From: Dipteris shenzhenensis
Lineage: Eukaryota
Direction: 5' to 3' (one strand)
DNA: 64,000 nucleotides
Assembly (NCBI GenBank): GCA_047967505.1
Contig: CM106538.1
The position numbers were made by a program, and so were the translations under genes. How positions within the stretch are numbered: the stretch's first letter is position 1; each line of letters opens with the position of its first letter. The notes below the pieces were generated by a model. That model did not search any database and was not told where the DNA came from. It worked only from the letters and a program-made list of their open reading frames with translations. Shown here piece by piece: positions 1 to 10,623 of the stretch.

Positions 1-3000
1 CTTCTATGGTGTGACAGTGCCCCTATATATGGCATTACACCAAACAAGGAGGTCACAGCATACATTGACAAATACATTACAACAGATCTCTCACTGTTGG
101 ATCTATCGGAGAAAGAAATTCAAATACACAGGCACAAAAAGACATTCAAACATCGAGGCAAGGCATGCAAGTTCGGCTTCCCCAGGGCACCGACGATTGA
201 AACTATGATTCTTCTCCCTCTGTCAGAGGATAGCGAAACGAGGACACCGAAAAAAAACATGAAGAAAACCAGCAACCTAATGCTGGAAGAATCGTTACTG
301 CAACTCAATTTCAAGATGTTCCTACATAAACTAGGATTATCTTACAATGAATACATCTCCGCACCAAGGAGCAAATTAGCCAGCCAATAGTACTTCTCAA
401 GCGACAACCAAAGGATATGTACACAAACAATTTCAACCCCACGATATCCAAGCTGTGGTATGCAAATACCGATATTTAGTTTGTCCCCATGCTGTGGCAT
501 CATATTGCACGTCATACATGACAAAATAGACAAGGAGACCACAGAGGCAGTAAAAAGTGCAATCACAGCAAGCACGTCAATCGAAACACCCACAAACGAA
601 CACATAAGAAATGTGGGAAACGCAATACTAAACACGCAACACATAAGCTCGCAGCAAGCGGCGTACCTTTGCTTGTCTCCACCTCTGACAAGTGCAAGCA
701 AAGAATTCTTCTACATTAACACGAGCCCGATCGAGGAAAGAACACTACTTCTTAATAGGCGCACCCAGTTACAAACAATTGACCCTTCCAACACGGATAT
801 TTTCTTCGATGACGTTATCAAAAAGTACACAAGGCGTGCCCTGAAATACACGGACATTTGCCTCGCTACTTTTGCAAGCAAGCACACAAAAACAACCAAG
901 ACCAAGAGGGAAAATAATAAGGTTCAACAAATACAGCAAGACAAAAGATCCGAAGAATCGTTACAGACAGCTATGCTTGCTATACCTTCCATTCCTTCAC
1001 ATGGAGCACACATTGACGAATGATATTCCAACATGGCACGATATGTAGCAAGCAAATGCAGATGTGATTGACATCAATCACTCGCAGTTTGATAGAAGCA
1101 CAAAGTATGAGGAATTCAACGACAGGGTTGAACCATTAATCTCTACGACAAGCAGCATCACTACAAGCGATCACACCACTAGCGCAGAAAAATTTGACCT
1201 CAGTTTGGAAATGAATATGCATAACATGAAGGCAAGGTGAAAAGACCAACGTCACATAAGACAAGCGACAATGCCGACACACTTCTGAAGGCTTAACGAA
1301 TGAGTAGCGATCAATCATCAACGACATCGTGCTCAAGAAAATCAACAATCCTGAAAGGCAATTCCACCTTCTGCTCTTCGGAGAGGCAGGTACGGGAAAA
1401 ACTCACGCTGATGCTACTAGTGCAGACACTGCTACGCTTCTACATGCATAAGGAAACATCTAATATTGACTTGTTGAGAGCAATCTTGCTCGCCTTTGGT
1501 GGTATGACTATACATGGAGCGCTACACTTCCCACTACTGTCATCAACCTACACATCGCTTTGATGACCTACACATCGCTTTTAGTGGAATGCTAATATCA
1601 AGGTCCTAAACATGAGGCGCTTAAAAATACCACTAAAAAAAATTCATTCAGTTCCTCACCTTTTCCACACAAATGCCGCCAAGGACATTCATAACGACTA
1701 TGTTGTCAACATCCTTCAATCAGAACCACACATTCCTCACACAAAAGACATAAGACATAAAACATGCAGCAAATCAGTGAGAGTGCCATTGGACCCTTGA
1801 CTGACAAGTGGGATGCACGGTCAACTGTGCCTGAAAAAGGGCATGATTATAGAGATTTGTTCCGGAAACTTGAACGTTGCAGACGGGATTGTCAATGGTG
1901 CAGATGGAGTGTTCATGGAGAGCAACACCGAAGTCAAGCCTCATGTCATTTGGATGCTCTTCAATGACCAACCATTGGGATAAAGATCACGTTCAAAGAA
2001 CCGAAATCTTTTCAGGGCCAACACTCCGAGAAATTGGACACCCATCCTACAAGTTGTTCGCGAGTTCCAGGTTGGGGAGAACCACTTTAACAGGATATCA
2101 TGAAAACAATTCCCCGTGCAGCCGGCTACAGTAAGAACAATGCACTGATCGCAAGGGCTAACAATGCAATCAGTAGCCTTCGACCCAAAAGGCATACATG
2201 CACATGCACTGGTGTATACCGCTCTTTCTCGCGTTTGAGATCCCTCAAACCTCTACCTGCTCTCAAGGCTAGAGCACATGCACATCAAAGTTGACCCCAT
2301 AGTCAAACAAGAGAGTTCAAGATTGAGGGACACCCGCTGGTGGCCATTCGAGGTAGGTGGCATCTACAACAAGAAATTACAAAGTTCCCTGCTTATGACA
2401 CTCAACACATGATCTCTTCTTCATCATGCACAGGATATTTCAGCATCAGGGATCTTGAAAAATACAGCCGTTCTTTGCTTGCAAGAAACAAGAACAACGA
2501 ATGCAAGTACAGCATCACTGCCACCACTTATAGGTGTCCTCAGGAACAACAGCGTCGACATAGCAACTTTCTACAAACAAGATCTGCACCTCATCCAAGA
2601 AAATCACATCGGAGATGACAACAACCATATCCAACTCAGAATGTTCGAGAACAATAAAAAAGAAACAATCGGAATACTTAACACATACAGATCGCCAAAA
2701 ACAAAAAAAGATTATCTACTCCAAATGATCCACAACCTCATACAACTCATTCCACCATCTGCAACAACATACACACTTGGTGATTTCAACATTGACATGA
2801 CCCAAAATTCGACAAAAATGGAATGACTTCAAGATTTCATGGCCCACCACAGCATGCAACTATTAAATAAAGGGCCAACAACAATCTACAAGTCAAGGAT
2901 TGACCACATCTGGTGCAATCACCATGTATTGCAAAGGGTCACATGACGGACATTCGCATATTGGTCTGACCACATGATACTCCATACACGTTCAACAATT

Positions 3001-3003
3001 TAA
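1..3003 (+). mobile_element. Decayed Helitron-like element of Helentron/HLE2 type: Rep + PIF1-family helicase + C-terminal AP endonuclease (pseudogenised, 5' part outside window)
   Basis: Motifs occur in order across frameshifts and stops. Rep: QIHRHKKT..CKFGFP, SSQQAAYLCL..YINT, KKYTRR..ICLATFA. Helicase: Walker A GEAGTGKT (~1380), GGMTIH, VADGIVNGADG, QFPVQPA..SQGLT, YTALSRLRSL. APE: LNT, LCLQET, YRSP, GDFN, TT..SRIDHIW, WSDH. Confidence 0.85.
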
Positions 3004-3750
3004 ACAACCGATTCCTTGCATAGGTTCGAAAGGGTAGGTCCATTGAAGAAATTCACCTTGTTTTTTCTTTTGTAGGTCAAAAATATTCAAACACCCACAA
3101 CTTGCAATTCATAAAACCTTTTAATTTAATTTTCAAGGTTAACTCTCAAAACAATTCACTTGACATTAAACCTTGATTTTCATGAACATTGCTTGTATTT
3201 TCTCTGCTCTACCTAAGCTCGTGAATGCACTACCAATGGCTTCTATCATTGTGACCCATACAATCTAAAGGTCTGTAGTTCAAATCTTACAAGGCACTAT
3301 AATTGAGCCTCTAATCAAAGCTTGCGAGTGGTTGGCAAAATAGTATCAGCATTGGTGCGCACAGTCTCCCTACCCAAGCGGTGGCTTTCTAAGTCATAGA
3401 AATTTACGCAACTCACATGCCACTCATGTCTTTCATTCCCAATTGTTCATAGGAGCATATTGCCATAATAAATCCCTCCTCCTTTGACAACTACCTCGCC
3501 TTATTACAAGTAACAAGTTATGGCTTTTCCTTTGCAAAGCTTTCGAAAGCTCCTTTCATAGCCTTTCCTTCTCTATAAGGTCTCCTCAACCTCACATGTC
3601 GAGATCTCTTCAATTACTTCAATGATAGAGGAAGCACCAACAAGATGAAATTTTCATCAATTTTTAAAACGATCAAGAGGTTACAACCACTCCCGACTAG
3701 CAAGGGTTTCATTCCACCACAATTCTTCAAGCAAAGTTTTGCTCTAATAC

Positions 3751-4061
3751 TGCTAAAACGACTCCTATCTTGAGTCCACTAGAGCCATCAGCTCACCCAC
3801 AAGCACCAGAGTCACAAGGAACACACAAGGCCTAACTATAGATCAATAGGCCTCCACATCCCATACCATAGAAGCCCCCTCTGCAAGAGATGCATCAACC
3901 TAAATTGCTAAAACGACTCCTATCTTGAGTCCACTAGAGCCATTAGCTCACCCACAAGCACTAGAGTCACAAGGAACACACAAGGCCTAATTGTAGGTCA
4001 ATAAGCCTCCACAACCCATACCGTAGAAGCCCCCTCTGCTAGAGATGCATCGACCTAAATT
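3751..4061. repeat. Tandem duplication, 2 x ~155 bp
   Basis: tgctaaaacgactcctatcttgagtccactagagcc... starts at 3751 and again at 3906, with few substitutions. Confidence 0.9.
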
Positions 4062-5743
4062 CCTAGGAACTGCCATGCGTCTAGCATGATCCACTCTCTG
4101 AGTATTGATTAGTGTGCCCCAATTTAAAGCCACAATCCACAACCGTAATTAGTATATCGAGGCCTAGCTTCATTTCCTTCTAGACATACTTCTAGGTTTA
4201 ACAATCTGATCAAGATTACTCTTCCTAACCAGCTCATTTCACACATTAGGGTCTATCTTGACCCATAAGTGAGTTAGTACCAAACTTGAGTTAGCTAAGG
4301 ATGTACACCACTCATCTTCCACTATCACACTCATAACCCCTATTCTGATGCTAATGGATGACTACGGCCAGCCCATACCCTTCAATCCCTGCTGATAAAG
4401 TTATCGATGGATTGAACTCAAGTGCTACCTCTCAAGTTCTCTTAGAAGTTTAAGTTTCTCAACTTAGGTGTCAATTCTTGCTTCTCTTTTTCCAATTCTG
4501 TTGCTTCAATTTTCTCTCTATTTCTACTGTCACATCTTTTGGCTTTATCACATTTGTTACCGAAAAGCTAGCAAATGCAAGTTGCACGCTACTTAAAGAC
4601 CCATTGACTTCTTTCCATTTGAAATGAGGACAATCAAGATTGTTTCCTCAAAGAGGCCTTGAAATCTCATGGGCACCTTATAAGTTTGAAACATTTTTTT
4701 TGTTGCAAGTGAATAGTTCCACACAAGGCTCTCATGCTATACATGCAATGAGAGAAGTCGCTAGCTTACCTCAAGGCTAGTTGTTGCAAGTTGCAAGGTG
4801 CATGCATCACTAGACCAAGTATTTGCTTCTAGCAAACACCAATAATTTGGCTTCTCTACATCCCTGATCACACTTCAAGCTGCCTTTCCTAGTAAGAGCT
4901 ACATTGTAAACACCCCTACAAAGATTCCTCTCAATCAAGACAAAGGCATACGTAGGTCATGTGGACTGAATCCAAGAGGCACTTTGAAGATTCTTTGAGA
5001 TTTTCAATGAGCCTTCCATGTTCAATCTACACAAGTGACGTAACTTGCTATCTTTGTCCCAAGTGGCACTAACTTTCTTAACCTTATCCTACCACCTGCT
5101 TCAACTTTCCTTTTTAGGTGGCTTCCACGTTTCCAATGTGTTTCTATAGTGTGATATCTTCCAGCTATCTATAGTAATGGAGTAACAATCAGCTAGTTAA
5201 AGCAAAACTGCTTCAAAAATCCTTGATCTCTTGCCTTTCTGATTCATTAGAAGCAATGAGGATTCTTTCCACAGCCACCTTTCCACAAGGCCTTGAAATG
5301 TCATGCCAATGTGACAAGCTTTCTGTGTGCAAGCTTTGCTCTACAGAAGACTCTCACGTCATGGACATAGTGGCCAAAATTGTGGCGTTACCTCAGTGCT
5401 CCTCCATTGCAAGGTGCATTGTGCATGCTCGATTACCCTATTGCATCTCTTTGGGGGTTGCAGCAGCTAACAAGAGGGAGTACAAAGTCTCCCAGTATAA
5501 CTATTATGGTTATCCTTTAAAGTGGTACCTACCAACTGTACAACAATTGGCCATAAATAAGCATTCAGTTCATAACAAATGTTCAGTCTAGTAGTGCAGT
5601 TTAAACATAAAGTAACAGCCGAATTTCAATTAATATCATCACGATAAGCTTCCAAGAAACATGCAACAACAATGCCTTCTACAGCTACAGTTTACAGAAA
5701 ACAATAATAATTGCTACACCACTACATATCCGTCAAGTCATAT

Positions 5744-6064
5744 TCTTCATGTGCTGATGAGTTAAGGAATATTTACTGCACAGATATGGAAAAAAATTCA
5801 ATAAACGATGATAAGCCAATCCTGTTGCTTTATTCTTAAAAGCTTCACCAAAATTAAATCATTCATTGTAGCATTCAAAGCTGACCCTCCATTGTACTCT
5901 ACTCAAATCTTCATGTGCTGATGAGTTAAGGAATATTTACTGCACAGATATGGAGAAAAATTCAATAAAAGATGATAAGCCAATCCTGTTGCTTTATTCT
6001 TAAAAGCTTCACCAAAACTAAATCATTCATTGTAGCATTCAAAGCTGACCCTCCATTGTACTCT
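5744..6064. repeat. Tandem duplication, 2 x ~157 bp (period 164), downstream of the bHLH stop codon
   Basis: tcttcatgtgctgatgagttaagg...ccattgtactct occurs at 5744 and 5908, nearly identical. Confidence 0.9.
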
Positions 6065-6545
6065 GAATGGTATCCCCAAATGGCATTTTTGTCATGTATA
6101 CAGTATGCTCCTGCCCTCATCAAAGCTTCAATTTGCACAACTAGAGATTCTGTCAGTTCAGCTCTTTAATTACACTAAGAACACAGCTTTACAAGCATTT
6201 CAAATGCTGCACATGAGCTTCACAGAAAAAATTCGACCATCTGGGACACAAATCATAATTGGGTCTGCAAAGCAGACACAGCAAAATCCCAAAATGAAAA
6301 AAAAAAGAGGTGAACAATTGAATGAACTGCTGGTATGGAGACCATGCATCATACTCCACCAAAATAGTAAACAGATGATAGATTCAACAGAAACTACTTA
6401 GATTATCTTTAAATAAATCTGAACAGACCTAACAGGAATCCATGTAATGTGTAACTTCATCACTTGCCCAAATAAAAAGGCCCATTGGCCTGCAGTGGAT
6501 GCAAGACTTCTCTTCACTGATAGGGATCCAAGAATTTAAGGCACC

Positions 6546-6821
6546 CTACGCAACTGGTGGTCTGAGCATGTGGTCCTGAGACGTGTCGATTGCAGAAGGT
6601 GGCATCCATTGCCACATTCCTATTCCTGGGTAACTAGGCATGGATGTCACCTTGTTGCCAGAAGCTTGATTCTGTACTGCGAAGGCCACCATTGCAGCAT
6701 GAAGAGTGACAAGGTGCGGCAGACATCCAGTAGGAATTGTCATTGTTTTTATTTGCTCTTCCAACTTATCCTTTTCTGTCTTCAACCTCAACTTCTCATC
6801 TCGCAGTTCATTCTTCTCTGC
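6546..6821 (-). CDS. Subgroup IVc bHLH transcription factor (ILR3/bHLH105-like), exon 5 (last)
   Basis: cag acceptor, then AEKNELRDEKLRLKTEKDKLEEQIK...MWQWMPPSAIDTSQDHMLRPPVA*. The leucine zipper and C-terminal PVA motif are typical of IVc bHLHs. Confidence 0.95.
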   Translation of the reverse strand, partial: AEKNELRDEKLRLKTEKDKLEEQIKTMTIPTGCLPHLVTLHAAMVAFAVQNQASGNKVTSMPSYPGIGMWQWMPPSAIDTSQDHMLRPPVA

Positions 6822-6947
6822 CTGAAATAACAGCAGTAAGAGTTCTCTTGCTTCAAACTTATCCCAGCTAACAAACGTCACTGACAACAGAAATACAACA
6901 TCAATATCACTTAATCAACAGCGCAGTTGCATTGCACAACATCAAAC

Positions 6948-7110
6948 CTTTAACTCTTTGATAGCCTCGGAAAGTTGTTTGTTTGAGTCCCTCAGTTGTT
7001 GAGTTTCAATCTTTAACTGGATCAGTGTATGAAGTGTATCAGAAAGAATGACTGTCTTGTCTGTTTTTGGTGGCCTCCCTGGCTCCAAAATGGTGCTTAA
7101 ATCCAGAAAC
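6948..7110 (-). CDS. IVc bHLH exon 4 (helix-loop-helix)
   Basis: cag/gt boundaries; 163 bp encoding FLDLSTILEPGRPPKTDKTVILSDTLHTLIQLKIETQQLRDSNKQLSEAIKELK; phases match the neighbouring exons. Confidence 0.95.
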
Positions 7111-7614
7111 CTGGACCATAGGTCTACAAAATCCTTAGTTTTATTTCCAAGGTTGTTTGTTCAATGCCTTGAATCTCCCAATTCACACGCTACATAGTAT
7201 ATATACCTTTGTAAGACCAGAATATATCCAATCTACAAATTTAGATTTTATGTTGTTCTAAAGTCCAAAATTCTACAAAGAAAGTAAAAGAGAACAAAAG
7301 AGAAGAAAAATGAGTAGCAAAAAATTTTGAAAAACAAAAGGGAGACGTACTTAGCAAGAAAAGCAACTTATGTCTTCATCAGTGCCCAAGCATAAGCAGC
7401 TATACTGGGTTTGTAAAGACCCATGGAGTCTCTTACATAGTATACATTAGAAATGTGTGCATATGCATACATAGTATACATTAGAAATGCATGCAACATG
7501 GACAGATGCATGTATGTACTATCAACGAGTGTACCCACGTATGCAGACATCCATATGTACGTATGCATAAATCCATTTGATGTATACACATATATGAATG
7601 GCTGAGAGAGAGAC

Positions 7615-7645
<31 letters not shown>

Positions 7646-8246
7646 CTTGATTAGTAGTCCAAAAGAAACGTACGTGCAATACTGACTTCTTCAAACAATA
7701 CAAAGCTTTGAACACATTATTTCATTAGGTAAGGTACTTCAACATCCCTGCTCACAATATAATAACGTGTATACTACCTCCAACACTCACCTAAAGACAA
7801 AGTCTTGACTTTCTCAGATTAAGCTTCTAAACCCCCCCCAACTGGCATACAATTTGTGTCTTGTATCACCCAATAATTAGGTCAAGCCACCTATTTTGTA
7901 TGTTTCCTTTGCTATTCATTTATATGGATCAACATGCTGCCTTCCCCGGATCTGATATGGAAATCCATGGCAAAGGCTTGTAACCGAAACTACAATCTAG
8001 TCCCATTCACTCTACAACTGCTAGAAAACCCAAACTTCCGATTATGATGAGACCAGCTAAGAATTGAGTGAAACCTTCTGTTCCAAATAAGAGCAAACAC
8101 ATCCTGCAAGACATCTATACCACAGACATCCCTTTATTGAAATCCCCTGATCCACATGAAGAACAAAAAGACACCAACAGACAAGTTTGAGTTCAATGAA
8201 GAGACAAAATGGGTGTGTAAATCAAGTCATGATGCACCACAATCAC

Positions 8247-8324
8247 CTGTCGTTCAGACGGTCCCTGCGCATTTTCTCCCGGCATGCTTTATTACCAGCC
8301 CTGTCACATGTCTCATACCGCAAC
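8247..8324 (-). CDS. IVc bHLH exon 3 (basic region)
   Basis: aag/gt boundaries; 78 bp encoding LRYETCDRAGNKACREKMRRDRLND(R). Confidence 0.95.
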
Positions 8325-8871
8325 CTTCAAAGACATTTAACATTCGGGTCAGAGCCAGAGTTTATCAAACAAACCTTAACAAGAAAATCCATACTTATCT
8401 CCAGAACATAATTCGGCCTCTTGTTCTAGACGAATTTAGACAAGAAGATTAATTATTTGAGACCAAAACTTAAACATAGGTGCAATTTCTTTAATTCTTG
8501 GCAGAAGGGCTTGCACCAGCCAAAAATATATCAGCAAAACAGCATTCCCACAACTTTCTCCAAGTTCAAATGGAAGAGGCTTGTCTAGAGTGAAACTCAC
8601 CAAGATCAGCCAGAACGCGTCCTACACCCTAGCCTGACCAGAAAATATGCTTTTTCCAATCACTCTTATCCCCATCCCTCTCTTTGTTTTCTTGTCATGT
8701 TCTTTCCCTGTGTTTAACATGACACGAGCAGACATGCATTTTGTATAGCCACCTGCTGTGTATACTGAACCATAATTAAGAGCACAAACAGGTCTGTAGG
8801 ACTTCTTCAGCAAAGAAAGTGCTTTTGTAGTTCCTTGCTCTAATGAGCATGAACTAGCTGTCTCCACCATT

Positions 8872-9915
8872 TGTTACAAATGAACCAAACAGATGGTACC
8901 CGCAGCGAGACTGATAGATGGCCGAGGAATTCACACAGAAGTGTTTAACGATGGAATCCAAAACTTCTCTATTGTGTGTACTCAGCATGCATGTGTGCAG
9001 ACCAGTAAATAGACAATGCTACAAGAGAGACATACAACAAACATAAGATATATTTCCATCCATAAAAGGACACAATACAAATTAGTCCACAGTCCCACAA
9101 ATCGGTGGTCCTCTCTCCTTACCAAAAGTTGTCCTACTACCTCCTTGGCACTCTAGATCCCTGAGCCCGCATGCTCCTTGCCGAGCTTCTATAGACTTTA
9201 GTCACCGTGCCTTGATCCCTGCACCTTGCTGCCCTAACTGCCAACCTAGGCGTGCAGCCACTTCCAAGCTATGTCTGAATTTCTTCAGCCTTCTCTTTGT
9301 CCTCCTGGATGTAGATCTGCTGCTCTAGTGGATGGATGATGAGCCCTGAGGGCTCTCCTTTTATAGGGGCTGAGAGACCCCCAAATTGGCCGACTTACAG
9401 ACCTAAATGAACTGACCCAATCCCTGGTCTCCTAAGCCGACCAGCAGGGCTCTCCATTTGAGGCTCTTTGCAGGCCACACCTGGCCACGTGGTAGGCCTA
9501 AGCAGACCTGCCCTAACCCTGACCTGTTCCTGGCCTTTTTCCAGGCCCATAGCCTCTCCAAAACAGTTACAAACCCTTCCCTGAACTTCCACCTCTGTTC
9601 CAGGCTCTTTTCCAGCCCTGGATCTGGTCCTCTGCTTCCGAACACCCTGTTGGAGACCTCTGTACAGACCCGTACAGTTGCTGACATCAATGCCATGTCA
9701 TCGCATTGTTTCCAGGCTGTTTTTCCTGCGCAGATCTGCTCCTCCTTGCCTCTGACAGCATGTTGGCCATTCCGTACCAGATCTGCCCTCCAAGAGAGCT
9801 TCCATCTTCCAGGTACTCTTTTGGACCTGCTGCCCACATGGCAGCCCATGGCAGCCACATCGCTACTTGGCTCACCCCCCCCATATGGAGGCTTACAGAT
9901 GGAGAGGTGACCACA
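8872..9915 (-). mobile_element. Probable solo LTR in bHLH intron 2
   Basis: TGT...ACA termini; flanks CCATT/CAATT (4/5 TSD match); TATA box ctataaaagg on the minus strand near 9360. Confidence 0.6.
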
Positions 9916-9946
9916 CAATTTCCAACACTATTATCCATCTATAGAC

Positions 9947-10184
9947 CTAGATGAATCCAAGAACATTCCCAAACTCATCCTCTAAAAACACAACATAGAG
10001 CAGTTTCAATCTCACGATAGTCACTCATAAGATTGAAAACCATAACTCCATCACGCATAGCAGGGACTAGCTACTATGACATCCCCACTGACGTCAGCAG
10101 CGCCCAACAGTGGGTGTAGACCAGAGTATAAAAATATGCTCTCACACATACAAATCCACACACCCACACAAACTTGAGCATCCA
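9947..10184 (-). repeat. ~240 bp dispersed repeat, copy 1 (unclassified)
   Basis: Reverse-complement homologue of 40221-40461. Confidence 0.85.
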
Positions 10185-10469
10185 TCTGCCCAAAATGATA
10201 GGGAGCAACCTCAATATTGTGCAACCATTATGCATAAATGTGGAACATAGCACTGGCTATACAAGATAAGGTGGCATGATAGGAGTATCCTGTAACCAGT
10301 TAAGGGATAATGAAACGGCCAGCCACCTAAAAGGATAGGAGCTTACATCAAGGAGGTATTGCCAGATCGCAATAAAGTCTTGCACTGAGAACACACGCTC
10401 ACAAGCATGCTCAACAATGCAAAACACACGAACTATAGTTGTTGACAGCTACGTTTAAAGCTGCAACGT

Positions 10470-10568
10470 GTAACTTTTCCATAAACTCACCTTTGTCCTA
10501 TAGATCCTGTAACTTTTCCATAAACTCACCTTTGTCCTGTAGATCCTATTGGGTCTCCAAAGGATATT

Positions 10569-10620
<52 letters not shown>
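10470..10620 (+). mobile_element. 5'-truncated non-LTR retroelement tail (stem-loop + (CT)n)
   Basis: 39-bp tandem duplication, then the double stem gtcct-agatcc-tatt-gggtct-aggat and (CT)n at ~10574-10620. Confidence 0.5.

Positions 10621-10623
<3 letters not shown>

Noticed and set aside
5580-5595. CTAG|T as the Helitron 3' end
   Set aside because: No strong GC-rich hairpin at the expected distance, and Helentron-type elements need not end in CTAG.
5754-5800. ctgatgag as a hammerhead ribozyme core (also at 5918, and ctgatgac at ~40306)
   Set aside because: No stem II followed directly by GAAA, and no matching cleavage-site stems.
6822-6887. N-terminal part of ORF-track entry 6546..6887
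   Set aside because: Intron sequence; the real exon starts at the acceptor at 6821.
9395-9954. Overlapping 150-171 aa ORFs on both strands
   Set aside because: GC-rich LTR interior with no recognisable domain or splice structure.
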